Source: an uncultured Gemmatimonadaceae bacterium
Lineage (GTDB): Bacteria > Gemmatimonadota > Gemmatimonadetes > Gemmatimonadales > Gemmatimonadaceae
Length of the DNA: 64,000 bases
NCBI GenBank assembly: GCA_963843845.1
Contig: CAWJMB010000002.1
Coordinates: 2,176,001 to 2,240,000, forward strand
Direction: 5' to 3'
Below are positions 19,460 to 31,530 of this stretch, piece by piece. Position 1 is the first letter of the stretch; each line of letters opens with the position of its first letter. The notes under the pieces were generated by a model, which saw only the letters and a list, made by a program, of their open reading frames with translations, was not told where the DNA came from and did no database searches. The translations under genes and the position numbers were made by a program.

Positions 19460-21941
19460 TCTCCAGTGCGCGCAGCAGCCGCTGCCGCCGCCCGTCGATT
19501 TCCTTGTCGCGCAGGGTGCGCTGTGGATCGCGGAGCGTCAGTCGCCACGCGAGGCTGCGCGTCTCGCCCGGAAGGGCACTCGCAGTCGAGGCGGCACCGC
19601 CGTCGAACACGTCGAACAGCTCGAGCCGCTCGAGGAGCTCACCGGCCGCGGCGCGGATGACGCGCGCGACGTGGTCCGCGCTGACGGCGCTGGGCACGAG
19701 CAGCGCGAGGTCGAAGCTCACCGCCGGTGTCGTCGGGAGCGTGCGATACTGCACGTCCGGCGGTCGAGTCGTCGATGTCGAGCGTCCCCACGCATTGGCG
19801 CCCTGCGCCGCGACCGGTGCCGACGCGTAGGTCGCGATCTCCAACTCCACCCCGTACGGCTGCGACGCCCACGGCGGAAGATCGAGTCGCAGTGCCCTGA
19901 CCTCGCCGCGAGCCACCCCGTCGACGAGAATCCGCCAGAGCAGCTCCTCCTCGCCGACCGGCGCGCAGGCGACGCGCGCTCCCGGAAACGCCGCGACGCC
20001 GACCAGCTCGCCGAGCGCTTTCGCGTCCCAGAGGTCGTACGGTGGCGGATCGGCTTCCGTGAAGTGAGGCGGCCGGCGCGCGCCCATGACGAGCGCGCCG
20101 ACGTGCAGTCGCTCGACCGGCAGCGCGATCGCGGTGACCGGCGGCGCGCCCGCGTCGGGTGGCGTCTCGACGGCCCCGCCGGCCGAACCGCGGGCCTGCG
20201 GAATGAACACGTTGCCGATCTCGAACAGACGGAGATCGCCCTGCATGCGCGCCAGATTGTGCTCGGCGCGTCGGGCGAGCGACTCGAGCACGGCGCGGCG
20301 CAGATGCGGCTCGTCCTCGCCTAACGGATTCACGACGCGGGCGTGCGTCTCGTCGCTCCCGGCGACGAACGGCATCGGCCGCGCCTCGAGCAGCCCGGCG
20401 CCGACGAGCGTGCGCCTGACGCGTTCGGACGCGACGAACAACGGATCATCCGGCGCGCTTCCCGGACGGAACGGGCGCAGATCGCCGGGGAGCGCGTCGA
20501 ACCCGACGAGGCGCGCGATGTCTTCGACGAGGTCGACGTCGCGATCGACATCGTGGCGCCACGACGGCGGCGCGACCGACCACATCTCGTCGTTCTCCGG
20601 CACGATCGTGAAGCCGATGGCGCGCAACAGCCGCTCGACGTGCGCCGGCTCGATCGCGGTGCCCAACACCTGAGCCAGTCGCGCGCGACGAAGCATCACG
20701 GGCGGAAGCGCACCAGGCGCCGAGCCGACGTCGATCAACCCGTTCACCGTCCCGCCGGCGACCGAGACGACGAGCGACGCGCCGAGGCGCGCCAGCTCGA
20801 GTGTCGCTCCGCGGTCGACGCCACGCTCGAACCGGTAGCTCGCGTCGGTCGATACACCGGCCCGGATGCGCGACGCGCGCGCGCGGCGGGGCTCGAAATA
20901 CGCGACCTCGAGCAGCACGTCGGTCGTCGCCGGCGTGACCTCCGATCCCTTCCCGCCGATCACGCCGGCCACGGCCTCGGCGCGCGCTGCGCCGGCGATG
21001 ACGAGCGCGTCGTCCGAGAGCGTCCGTTCGACGCCGTCGAGCGTCGTCAGCGTCTCGCCGTCGCGCGCGCTCCGCACGACGACCTGGTCGCCGAGCGCGC
21101 GCAGGTCGAACGCGTGCATCGGCTGGCCGAGCCCGAGCAGACAGTAGTTCGTGGCGTCGACGACGTTGTTGATCGAGCGCGCGCCGACCGCCGCCAGCCG
21201 ATCGACGAGCCACTGAGGGCTCGGTCCGACGCGCACGCCGCGGATGATGGCGGCGCAGTAGCGTGGGCACCCCGCAGCGTCGTCGACGCGCACGTGCACG
21301 CCGTCCGCACTCGCCTCCGTCATCCCCCACTCGGCCTCGGGCGTCGGAACGCTCTCGCGCAGCTCGCTCGGCGTGCCTAACGGAACGCCGGTCAGCGCCG
21401 AGACCTCGCGCGCCAGGCCGCGCTGCGAGAGCAGGTCGGGTCGGTTCGCGAGCACGTCGAGCTCGAGCCGGACGTCGCCGGCTGCCACGACGTCGAGCAG
21501 CGCGGTCCCCGGCGGCGCACTGGTGTCCAGCCGCAGGATCCCGTCGTGGTCCGTGCCGAGCCCGAGCTCCATCGCCGAGCAGAGCATACCGGCGGAGGTG
21601 AAGCCGCGGATCTTGCGACGTTCAATGACGAGATTGTCCTTCCCCGGGATCGCCGTCCCGACGCGCGCCACCGGGTACTTCTCGCCGACGACGACGTTCG
21701 GGGCGCCGCAGACGATCTCGAGCAGCTGGCCGCTGCCGTCGTCGACCCGATTGAACGACAGCCGCGTGTCCGGGATCGCCTCGCTGTGCACGACCTGCCC
21801 GACGACGAACGGCGCGAGCTCGGCGCGCAGCGGCTCGAGGCCGTCGAGCGTCGCGACGTGGGCGCTGAGCAGGGCGCCTAACGCCTGCGCGTCGAGGTCA
21901 TGCGGCACGAACGCACGGACCCACTCGTGGGATGCGATCAT
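19428..21941 (-). CDS. pheT: Phenylalanine-tRNA ligase beta subunit
   Basis: IVCGAPNV, S.GMLCS..ELG, NRPDLLS, INNVVDATNY, GQPMHAFD, ASYRFERG, PSWRHD, LFEIG, FDVF. Confidence 0.97.
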   Translation of the reverse strand: MIASHEWVRAFVPHDLDAQALGALLSAHVATLDGLEPLRAELAPFVVGQVVHSEAIPDTRLSFNRVDDGSGQLLEIVCGAPNVVVGEKYPVARVGTAIPGKDNLVIERRKIRGFTSAGMLCSAMELGLGTDHDGILRLDTSAPPGTALLDVVAAGDVRLELDVLANRPDLLSQRGLAREVSALTGVPLGTPSELRESVPTPEAEWGMTEASADGVHVRVDDAAGCPRYCAAIIRGVRVGPSPQWLVDRLAAVGARSINNVVDATNYCLLGLGQPMHAFDLRALGDQVVVRSARDGETLTTLDGVERTLSDDALVIAGAARAEAVAGVIGGKGSEVTPATTDVLLEVAYFEPRRARASRIRAGVSTDASYRFERGVDRGATLELARLGASLVVSVAGGTVNGLIDVGSAPGALPPVMLRRARLAQVLGTAIEPAHVERLLRAIGFTIVPENDEMWSVAPPSWRHDVDRDVDLVEDIARLVGFDALPGDLRPFRPGSAPDDPLFVASERVRRTLVGAGLLEARPMPFVAGSDETHARVVNPLGEDEPHLRRAVLESLARRAEHNLARMQGDLRLFEIGNVFIPQARGSAGGAVETPPDAGAPPVTAIALPVERLHVGALVMGARRPPHFTEADPPPYDLWDAKALGELVGVAAFPGARVACAPVGEEELLWRILVDGVARGEVRALRLDLPPWASQPYGVELEIATYASAPVAAQGANAWGRSTSTTRPPDVQYRTLPTTPAVSFDLALLVPSAVSADHVARVIRAAAGELLERLELFDVFDGGAASTASALPGETRSLAWRLTLRDPQRTLRDKEIDGRRQRLLRALESELGVRQRSA

Positions 21942-22980
21942 CCGTCGCCCACCCTCGCGACCGGTGACGCGAACTGCTGAAGAAACCGCACGTCGGAATC
22001 GTAGAGAAGGCGGATGTCGGGAATGCCGTACCGGGCGAGCGCCATGCGCGCCGGTCCCATGCCGAATGCCCACCCCGTGTAGCGCTCGGCGTCGATGCCG
22101 GCCGCTTCGAGCACGGCAGGGTGCACGACCCCGGATCCGAGGATCTCGACCCAGCGCACCCCGCGCCCGTCGTTCAGGTCGACCTCGACGTCCATCTGCG
22201 CCGACGGCTCGGTGAAGGGAAAGTACGACGGCCCGAAGCGCACGCGTCGTACCCCGCCGAAGAAGCGGCGCGCGAACTCGGCGAGCGTCGCCTTCAGGTC
22301 GACGAACGAGATCCCTTCGTCGACGGCGAGCCCTTCGATCTGCATGAACATCGGCGCGTGCGTCACGTCGAAGAAGTCGCGACGGTACACGTTCCCCGGG
22401 ATCAGCACGCGCGCCGGCGGCGGGTACGCTGCAGCGTGCGAACCTGCACCGGCGACGTGTGCGTCCGGAGCAGCGTGTCGTCGCCGAGGTACAGGGTGTC
22501 GTGCATCTCCATCGCCGGGTGGTCCGGCGGGAAGTTCAGCGCGCCGAAGTTGTACCAGGCCAGCTCCGCCTCGGGACCCAGCGCGATCGAGAAGCCGAGC
22601 TCGCGGAAGATCGCGACGATCTCGTCGACGACGAGGGTGACCGGGTGCCGTCCGCCGTGCCAGCTCTCGCGCGCGGGCATGGTCAGGTCGATCGGGCGCC
22701 GCTCGCGCGACGACTCCGCGAGCCGCTGGCGCTCGACGAACGCGTCGAGCGCCTCGCCGATGCGCTGCTTGAGCTGGTTGAACGCCACGCCGGCCGTGCG
22801 TCGGTCGTCCGGCGGGAGCGTGCGCAACTCGCCTTGCAGCGCCGCGAGCCGCGCGTCCTTCACGGCGTTCAGCCGGCCCTTGATCGCGTCGAGCCGCTCG
22901 GTCGGGTCGGCGTCGGCGAGGAGCGCGCGGGCGTCGCGCTCGAGCTGCGCGGCCTGGTCGAGATACTCGGAGATCGTCAC
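21938..22980 (-). CDS. pheS: Phenylalanine-tRNA ligase alpha subunit (1-nt frameshift near 22428)
   Basis: HPA..MHDT, LLRTHTSPVQ in one frame; PGNVYRRD, THAPMFMQIEG, YFPFTEPS, GWAFGMG in the next. Confidence 0.95.
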
Positions 22981-23080
22981 GGAAACACGCAGGGGAGAAC
23001 GCGCCACGCGGAACGCACGAGCGCGGCGGCAGCGGACCGGTAAGGTCGCACTGCCGCCGCGCGGAAGGAAGCGAGTGCGA

Positions 23081-23467
23081 TTACGCCGCCGTCGACGTCT
23101 GCGCGGCCGCGCCATCGCGCGCCGTGCGAACCTGGTTCGCGATCGCCTCGAAGGCCTGCGGATCGCGCACGGCGATGTCCGCGAGCACCTTGCGGTCGAT
23201 CTCGATGCCGGCCGTCTTGAGCCCCGCGATGAACGTGCTGTAGTTCATGCCGTGCTGGTTCGCGGCCGCATTGATGCGGACGATCCAGAGGCGGCGGAAC
23301 TCGCGCTTCTTGTTCTTGCGGTCGCGGTAGGCGTAGCGCCAGCCGCGCTCGACGGTCTCCTTCGCCGCCTTCCAGAGCTTGGACCTGCCGCCGTAGGCGC
23401 CCTTGGCGGCTTCCATCACCTGCTTCTTACGCTTCAGGCGCGTGACGTTCGAGCGTGCGCGAGGCAT
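23081..23467 (-). CDS. rplT: 50S ribosomal protein L20
   Basis: [34 protein letters not shown]. Confidence 0.98.
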   Translation of the reverse strand: MPRARSNVTRLKRKKQVMEAAKGAYGGRSKLWKAAKETVERGWRYAYRDRKNKKREFRRLWIVRINAAANQHGMNYSTFIAGLKTAGIEIDRKVLADIAVRDPQAFEAIANQVRTARDGAAAQTSTAA

Positions 23468-23482
23468 AGTCGATTCTCCCGG

Positions 23483-23680
23483 TTATGCCTGAATCAGGCG
23501 CTTGAGGACCTTGGCCTCGCCGTTCGTCCCCACGGTGGTGTTGCGGCGCAGATTGCGCTTCCGCTTGGCCGACTTCTTCGTGAGGATGTGGCTCTTGTAG
23601 GCCTTCGCGCGCTTCACCTTCCCGGTCCCGGTGACCGAGAAGCGCTTCGCGGCGCCCTTGTGTGTCTTCATCTTCGGCAT
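23483..23680 (-). CDS. rpmI: 50S ribosomal protein L35
   Basis: [14 protein letters not shown]...HILTKK. Confidence 0.98.
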   Translation of the reverse strand: MPKMKTHKGAAKRFSVTGTGKVKRAKAYKSHILTKKSAKRKRNLRRNTTVGTNGEAKVLKRLIQA

Positions 23681-23696
23681 GCGTATCCTGCTCCCG

Positions 23697-24215
23697 TTAA
23701 GCCTTCGGGGTGAGGATCATGGTCATCGCCTTCCCTTCCAGCCGCGCGTCCGCCTCGATCTTCGCGAGATCGGCGAGCTCGGTGGCGACGCGATCGACGA
23801 CCTGGCGCCCCAGCTCGGGGTGCGAGATCTGCCGGCCGCGGAACATCAGCGTGACCTTGACCTTGTTGCCTTCCTCGAGGAACCGTCGCGCGTGCCGCGT
23901 CTTCGTCGTGAAGTCGTGCTCGTCGATGCCAGGGCGGAACTTCACTTCCTTGAGCTGGATGACGTGCTGCTTCTTCTTCGCCTGCCGCGCCTGCTTCGCC
24001 GCCTCGAACTTGAACTTCCCGTAGTCCATGATGCGGGCCACGGGCGGGCGTGCCATCGGGGCGACCTCGACGAGGTCGAGCCCCGCCTCTTCGGCGATGG
24101 CCAGTGCGCGATCGACTTCGAGAATGCCGAACTGACTTCCGTCGGCACCGATGACGCGGATCGGGCTGATCCGGATCTGTCGGTTGACGCGGACGCGCTT
24201 CGTCGTGTCCTGAAT
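23697..24215 (-). CDS. infC: Translation initiation factor IF-3, non-canonical ATT start
   Basis: Frame extends to ATT at 24215 ([23 protein letters not shown]...[20 protein letters not shown]) with GAGGAA SD upstream. Confidence 0.95.
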   Translation of the reverse strand: MQDTTKRVRVNRQIRISPIRVIGADGSQFGILEVDRALAIAEEAGLDLVEVAPMARPPVARIMDYGKFKFEAAKQARQAKKKQHVIQLKEVKFRPGIDEHDFTTKTRHARRFLEEGNKVKVTLMFRGRQISHPELGRQVVDRVATELADLAKIEADARLEGKAMTMILTPKA

Positions 24216-24230
24216 TGGTCCGGTTCCTCG

Positions 24231-24408
24231 AAAAGGAGAAAGAAAAATGCGCGACCTCCGCTGAGAGTCCGCGCACGCACGCCGGCGCGCCGCCGAGGGT
24301 CACCCCCGGGCACGCATCGACTTCGGGACTCCTGCAGCACCTGCGCACCGAGAGCACGCGCGAGGGCCAGAGGGTGGGGGCGTCGCCGCCCCGCTTCGCT
24401 GGTTGTGA
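24231..24408 (-). promoter_or_regulatory. Structured 5' leader of infC-rpmI-rplT ending in terminator-like hairpin (L20-leader-like attenuator)
   Basis: TGCGCG...CGCGCA hairpin followed by TTTTTCTTTCTCCTTTT just before the infC SD. Confidence 0.55.
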
Positions 24409-24414
24409 GGCGGA

Positions 24415-24443
24415 AAGCTAAGGAACGCAACGGGATACGTCAA
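24415..24443 (-). promoter_or_regulatory. Promoter TTGACG-17nt-TAGCTT for infC operon
   Basis: Hexamers at 24438-24443 and 24415-24420. Confidence 0.7.
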
Positions 24444-24450
24444 CGGCCCG

Positions 24451-25395
24451 TCAGATCGCGATCGCCTTCGCCTGCGCCGCTGGTCCGGTCCCGGGCTGGT
24501 GCTCGGCATCCGCGCCGAGCACGCTGGCGAGGCCATACGCCTTGCCGTCGTGCGCGATCCGGTCCCACGCGACCGTCGCGTCGTGCTCGAAGATCGCGAG
24601 CCACCCCGCTTCCCGGGCGCGCCGCAGCAGCCACCGCTTGCTCTCGAGCGTGACGAGCGGCTCGACGTCGTATCCCATGACCCACGGCAGGGGCAGATGC
24701 GCGCTCGTCGGCACCACGTCGCCGAGGAAGCACGCCACCTCGCCCTCGCTCTCGATGAGGACGCTCTGGTGAAACGGAGTGTGGCCCGGCGTCGGAAGGG
24801 TCACGATCCCCGGCAGTAGCTCGACCTCGCCGACGACCTCGTCGACGAGTCCCATGTCGACGAGCGGCTGGAAGTTGGCTGGGAGGTAGCTCGCGGCCGT
24901 TCGCTCATTCGTCGCGGTCGCGTAGTGCAGCTCGCCGTTCTGCACGACGTAGCGCGCGTTCGGGAAGCTCGGCTTGACCGCGCCGTCTTCGTCGCGGAAC
25001 GTGTTGCCGCCCGCGTGATCGAAGTGCAGGTGCGTGTTCACCACGAGGTTCACGTCTTTCGGGCGCACGCCCAACGTCGCGAGTGCGTCCTCGAGCATCG
25101 TCCGTCCGTTCGCGCCGCCGTTCTCGATGCCGTAGATGTCGTGGAACTTCGCGCTGTCCTTGTTCCCCGCCCCGGTGTCGATCAGCACGAGACCGCGCGG
25201 GTGCTCGACGAGCAGGCAGCGCATGCCGAGCTGGATCCGGTTGCGCTCGTCGGCGGGAATGCGACGCTCCCAGAGGGGCTTCGGCACGACGCCGAACATC
25301 GCCCCGCCGTCGAGGCGCTGCCCGCCGGCCTGCAACGCGTGGAGCGTGATGCCGCCGAGCGTGCGCGACTCGACGAGCGGGTGCGGTGCGGTCAT
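24451..25395 (-). CDS. MBL-fold metallo-hydrolase (YtnP-like)
   Basis: LDGGAMFGVVPKPLW, LIDTG, THLHFDHAGG, TPGHT, MGYD, FEHD. Confidence 0.9.
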   Translation of the reverse strand: MTAPHPLVESRTLGGITLHALQAGGQRLDGGAMFGVVPKPLWERRIPADERNRIQLGMRCLLVEHPRGLVLIDTGAGNKDSAKFHDIYGIENGGANGRTMLEDALATLGVRPKDVNLVVNTHLHFDHAGGNTFRDEDGAVKPSFPNARYVVQNGELHYATATNERTAASYLPANFQPLVDMGLVDEVVGEVELLPGIVTLPTPGHTPFHQSVLIESEGEVACFLGDVVPTSAHLPLPWVMGYDVEPLVTLESKRWLLRRAREAGWLAIFEHDATVAWDRIAHDGKAYGLASVLGADAEHQPGTGPAAQAKAIAI

Positions 25396-25460
25396 GGTCG
25401 GTGTGATGACGGAGCGTGACGGACGCGAAGGGCGGACGTACGGTGGGCGACGGGCGAACG

Positions 25461-26561
25461 TCAAGCGGTCGTGTCGCTGCGGACCGGCGCCGGCAACGCC
25501 GCGCGGCGACGGCGCCGCGCCGCCGCGGTTCCCCCGGCGAGCCACAGATCCATCTCGCCCCACGTGGAGATGCCGCGGTCGGCGGCGTCGCGAAGCAGTC
25601 GGACCAGGCAGTGCGCGGTCGCGACCGCGTCGCCGGCCGCCGAATGCCGCCACGGACGCGACGTGCCGTGCCGCGCCTCGAAGTACGTCTCCGCGAACGC
25701 GTCCGCGCCGTAGTGGTTCGCCACGTATCCGAGCGACCGGCTGCGAAGTTGCGGCAGCAGCTTCCGCGCGAGCCGCACCGTGCACAGCCGGCGCCCCTCG
25801 AGCTGCCGGCCGGCCGCGCGCTCGACCTCGGCGGACACGAACCGCCAGTCGAACATGACGTTGTGGGCCACGAACACGTGCCCGGCGAGTGTCGAGACGA
25901 CCTCCTGACAGACGTCGCGGAACGCCGGCTTGTCGCGCACCATCTCGGCGGTGATCCCCGTCAGGCGGATGATCTCGGGCGGTATGGGACGCTGCGGATT
26001 GACGAGCGTCTCGAACACGTCGCGTACCTCACCGCCCTGCACGACGACTGCGGCGATCTCGGTGACGCGGTGCCCGCGTGACGGCGTGCCGCCGGTCGTC
26101 TCGACGTCGACGACGACATACGACAGCGCGTCGAGTCGTTCATCGTCGCCAATCGCGGCACGCGACGGGACAACCGCCGCCGCCGCGCGCCCGTCCGCGC
26201 GCGCTCGCGGTTCCAGGGCGCCGGCCGCGTCGTCGGCGCGACGTGCCGCACGCCACTCCTCGAAGCTCGGCGCAGCCGAAGGCGTCAGTGGAGCGCCGAC
26301 CTCGCGGAGCGGCGCGGACCGCTCCGCGAGCGTCCAGCGGCCGTCGCTCAACTGCCGGAAGTCGCGAAACTCTCCGAGCAGCTCGACGGCGACGCGCTCG
26401 GCCAGCGGTGCGGGAAGCGTCGGCATCTGGCACACGCTCGCGACCAGCGTCGCCGAGGACGCTGGCCCGCCGGCGAGGAAGTCGCGCGCGCGCTCGACGA
26501 GCAACGAGTCGACCGGACGGCTGCTGACCCCGCGAGCGGAGGCGGGCACAGATGAGGACAT
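25461..26561 (-). CDS. DEDDh 3'-5' exonuclease (DnaQ/PolC-exo-like)
   Basis: VVDVETTG, VAHN..FD, CTVRLARKL, HSAAGDA. Confidence 0.85.
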   Translation of the reverse strand: MSSSVPASARGVSSRPVDSLLVERARDFLAGGPASSATLVASVCQMPTLPAPLAERVAVELLGEFRDFRQLSDGRWTLAERSAPLREVGAPLTPSAAPSFEEWRAARRADDAAGALEPRARADGRAAAAVVPSRAAIGDDERLDALSYVVVDVETTGGTPSRGHRVTEIAAVVVQGGEVRDVFETLVNPQRPIPPEIIRLTGITAEMVRDKPAFRDVCQEVVSTLAGHVFVAHNVMFDWRFVSAEVERAAGRQLEGRRLCTVRLARKLLPQLRSRSLGYVANHYGADAFAETYFEARHGTSRPWRHSAAGDAVATAHCLVRLLRDAADRGISTWGEMDLWLAGGTAAARRRRRAALPAPVRSDTTA

Positions 26562-26704
26562 GACCTGCGGAATCGTCGAAGTCGGAGGTGCGGGCGGCGA
26601 GGGGCGAACGTACGCCCTCCCGTCACACGCGCGTCACGCGTGTCACACGGCGGCGATAGCCGAAGATAGCACGCGGCTACCTGCGTACCTTGGCGCCGGC
26701 TAAC

Positions 26705-26722
26705 TTGTGAAATCATTCACAA
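26705..26722. promoter_or_regulatory. Rex operator TTGTGAA-ATCA-TTCACAA
   Basis: Perfect match to TTGTGAAnnnnTTCACAA, 15 nt upstream of rex start, overlapping a TAACTT -10-like hexamer. Confidence 0.9.
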
Positions 26723-26737
26723 GCCCGCGCCGCCTTC

Positions 26738-27362
26738 GTGAAGCACATCGCCGATTCGACCGTCCGCCGCCTCTCGATCTACCTGCGCTACCTGGAGGAG
26801 CTGACCGCGCGCGGCACGACCACGACGTCGAGCGACGAGCTGGCCGAGCACAGCGGAACGACGCCCGGCGCAGGTGCGGAAGGATCTGTCGTTCTTCGGC
26901 TCGTTCGGGAAGCGTGGGCTCGGCTACTCCGTATCGGAGCTGCTGACCGAGATTCGCGCGATCCTCGGGTTGGCTCGGCGGTGGAAGGTCGTGATCATCG
27001 GGGCCGGCAAGATCGGCAGCGCGCTCAGCGCGTACCGCGGGTTCGAGCAGCGCGGCTTCTCGGTCGTCGGCGTGTACGACAAGGATCCCGAGAAGATCGG
27101 GCGCCGGTGGGACGGCCATGTCGTGCGCGATGTCACGCGGCTCGAGGCGGACGCCGTCGACGACCCGCCGGACATCGCGGTGCTCGCGATCCCCGCGGAG
27201 GGGGTTCAGTCCGAAGTCGACCGGATCGTGCGGGCAGGGATCCGCGCCATCCTCAACTTCGCGCCTGGCCACCTGCACGTGCCGCGCGGCGTGACGCTGA
27301 AGACCGTCAACATGGCGATGGAGCTCGAGGGACTCTCGTTCGCGCTGACCAACCGCGACTGA
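26738..27362 (+). CDS. rex: Redox-sensing transcriptional repressor Rex (1-nt frameshift near 26866)
   Basis: STVRRLSIYLR..SSDELA then QVRKDLSFFGSFGKRGLGY, IIGAGKIG, ILNFAP. Confidence 0.95.
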
Positions 27363-27412
27363 GCCCGCCGTCGCGTCGGATCGAACGGTACCGTCGACCG
27401 GGGCGCCTCGGG

Positions 27413-28243
27413 CTAGGGGCGCGGCGCGCGCAGGGCGCGCACGACGGCCGCGAACGTCTCGGGCGATAGAGTCTCTGGTCGCGCCTCGGGCTCGACGCCA
27501 GCCGCCGCGAGCACGCGATCCGCATCTTCGACCGAGAGCGACGCGGCGGTGCGGAGGACGCGGCGCATCTGCTTCCGGCGGAGCGCGAACGCGGCCTGCA
27601 CGAAGGTTCGGAATCGCCGCTCCTCGTCGGGCGCGACCGCAGGGTCCGGCCGCGGCGTGATCCGGACGACGGCGGAGTCGACCTGCGGCGGCGGTACGAA
27701 TGCGCCCGGTGGCACACGAGCGATGAGCTCGGCCCGCGCCACCGCCTGGACGTTCACGGACAGCGCGCCGTACAGCTTCGAGCCTGGCGGCGCGGCGACC
27801 CGGTCGGCGACCTCACGCTGCACGAGATACACGGCGCGCGCGGGGCGCGGCGGCTCGAGCGCGTGGAAGAGGATGGGTGTCGTGATGTAGTACGGCACGT
27901 TCCCGGCGAGCACGTAGGACCCGGTCACGAGCGTGCCTAACGGCACGGCCAGCACATCCGCCTCGACGATGTGGACGTGCGGGCGGTCTGCGTAGCGTGC
28001 GCGGAGGTGCGCGGCGAGATCGCGGTCGATCTCGACGGCGACGAGGCGCGCCGCGCGCTGCACGAGCAGATCGGTCAGCGCGCCGCGCCCCGGCCCGATC
28101 TCGACGACCGTCTCGCGGCCGGTCAGCGCGAGTGCGGACACGATGCGCTCGAGCACCGACCGATCGCGCAGGAAGTGCTGTCCGAACCGTTTCCGTGGGC
28201 GAGGCAGTCCCCCTCGGTCGTCTGTACTGCGATCGTCGGTCAC
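27413..28243 (-). CDS. rsmA: 16S rRNA dimethyladenosine transferase
   Basis: RKRFGQHFL, EIGPGRGALT, GNVPYYITTP, QREVA, F.PPPQVDSAV, RRKQ, RPETL. Confidence 0.96.
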   Translation of the reverse strand: MTDDRSTDDRGGLPRPRKRFGQHFLRDRSVLERIVSALALTGRETVVEIGPGRGALTDLLVQRAARLVAVEIDRDLAAHLRARYADRPHVHIVEADVLAVPLGTLVTGSYVLAGNVPYYITTPILFHALEPPRPARAVYLVQREVADRVAAPPGSKLYGALSVNVQAVARAELIARVPPGAFVPPPQVDSAVVRITPRPDPAVAPDEERRFRTFVQAAFALRRKQMRRVLRTAASLSVEDADRVLAAAGVEPEARPETLSPETFAAVVRALRAPRP

Positions 28244-28252
28244 CGGCCCCCG

Positions 28253-29639
28253 TCAGGTACTCAGCACGACGACGGTCAGATCGTCGCGCTGGGCTGCGTC
28301 GGCGACGTGCGTGTCGAGCCGATCGAAGATCCGCCGAACGATCGCGTCGGGTTCGTCGCGCGCGGCCGCACACGCGACCTCGAGCACCGCCGCTTCGCCG
28401 AGCCGCGCGCCGGATCGCGAGCGAGCGTCGGTGACACCGTCCGTGAACAGGAGCAGCGCGGTCGTCGTTCGGCGCCCACGCGATCTCCCGCGTCGCCGGC
28501 GCCTCGTCGACCATGCCGAGCGGTGGCGCCGTCGCGCCGAGTCGGTCGAGCGTCCCGTCGGCGTGCAGCACGAAGGCGTGCGGGTGTCCAGCATTCGCGA
28601 AGCGCAGCACCCGGCGTCGCGGATCGACGACGACGTAGAGGCCGGAGATGAACATCTCGGTGGACGCGAGCTCGTCGCGCAACGACCGGAGCACGGCGCC
28701 CAACGTCGTTCCCGGGTCGTTCGTCAGCTGCGCATGGATCGCCGACGCGCTCATGGCGAGCGCCATGATGAGCGCGGCGCGGTACCCGTGTCCCGACACG
28801 TCGCCGATCATCGCGCCGATCGCGCCGTCGTCGAGCTTGAACAGGTGGTAGAAGTCCCCGCCGACGCTCTCCGCGGGGACGACGCGCGCCGCGACCCGCG
28901 CGCTCGGCGCCACGACGTCGACCGACGGAAGGAGCTTCATCTGCAGGTCGTGCGCGAGCGCCATCTCGTGCGACATGCGCTGCTGCTGCACCGACGCGCG
29001 CACCAGGCGGGCGTTCTGGATCGCCGCCGCGATCTGCGACGCGATCGCCGCGACGAGCTTCAGATCGCCGGCCGTGAACGTCTGTCGCCCCGTGCGCGCG
29101 GAGAGGTGCACGACGCCTAACGGCTCGCCCCCGTCGCGCGTGCTCCACAGAATCGGCACCGACAGCATCTCGCCGCGCCGATATCCCTCTTCGGCCGGCG
29201 CGGCGCACGCGCCCGGCTCGGAGAGCGTCGGCTCGAGCGTCTGCAGCACGCGCCCCGAGATGCTCGACAGGTCGTCGACCGCGACCGGCGCGATGGCGTC
29301 CGGCGAGATGCCTAACGCGGCGATCGCCTGCAGCGTCCCGGTCACCCGGTCGATGAGCAGGATCGCGCCGCACTCGGCGCTGACGGTCTCCGAGACTTCG
29401 GTCAGAATCGTCGACGCGGTCTCCTCGAGCGTGACGGCGCGTCCGAGGATCTCGCTGATCGTGTAGAGGAGGTTGATCTCCTCGTAGCGCTCTGCGAGCT
29501 CGACGGCCGCCTGCTCCACTTCCACGGCCGACGCGTGATGTCGTTCGACGAGCGCCCGCAACAGCCGGGCGTGATCGCCGTCGGGCGAGGCGCGATACGC
29601 GTCGACCAGCGCATCGACGCTGTCGACGCCCCGAGTCAC
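28253..29639 (-). CDS. GAF + PP2C (SpoIIE/RsbU-like) phosphatase (frameshift near 28465)
   Basis: GAF (FTAGDLKLV..IA.QIAAAIQNARL), AHDLQMKLLP, VGGDFY, IGDVSGHG, NAGHP; second frame LFTDGVTD...DDLTVV. Confidence 0.88.
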
Positions 29640-30106
29640 GCGCGGCGCAGCGTGAGGCGCACGAGCGTGCCCGGGCCGTGCGGCACTCGCTCGACGAGGT
29701 CCATGAGACGCCGCATCAGGAAGATGCCGCGCCCGTCCTCGCGTTCGAGCTGGTCGGACGCCGTCGGGTCGCGCGTCACCGCGTCGATGTCGAAGCCCGC
29801 GCCCTCGTCGTGAATCTCGAGCACGATGCGGGTCGCATCCATGTCGGCACGCACCTGCACCTTCTTGTCGGGTGCCTCGCGGTTCCCACGGAGGATGGCG
29901 TTCGCGATCGCCTCGGTCAGCGCGACCGGGACGTTCAGCGCGCAGACGCGACGCGGATAGTGGAAGTCCGCGCACTGCCGCGCGACGAGGTCGACGATCC
30001 GCTCGATGTAGCGCACGTCGCTCGGCACCTCCAGCGACAGCACCAGGTGCATCGCATCGGCGCCGCCGACCGGATCGGCGGCGCCGTTCGTCTGCTCAGC
30101 GTGCAT
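29636..30106 (-). CDS. Anti-sigma factor / serine kinase (RsbW-like HATPase)
   Basis: ALTEAIANAILRGN, IHDEGAGFD, GRGIFLMRRLMD. Confidence 0.88.
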   Translation of the reverse strand: MHAEQTNGAADPVGGADAMHLVLSLEVPSDVRYIERIVDLVARQCADFHYPRRVCALNVPVALTEAIANAILRGNREAPDKKVQVRADMDATRIVLEIHDEGAGFDIDAVTRDPTASDQLEREDGRGIFLMRRLMDLVERVPHGPGTLVRLTLRRA

Positions 30107-30139
30107 TCCGCGAGCGGCGCGTCGTGGCGAGGCGCGCCG

Positions 30140-31526
<1,387 letters not shown>

Positions 31527-31530
<4 letters not shown>

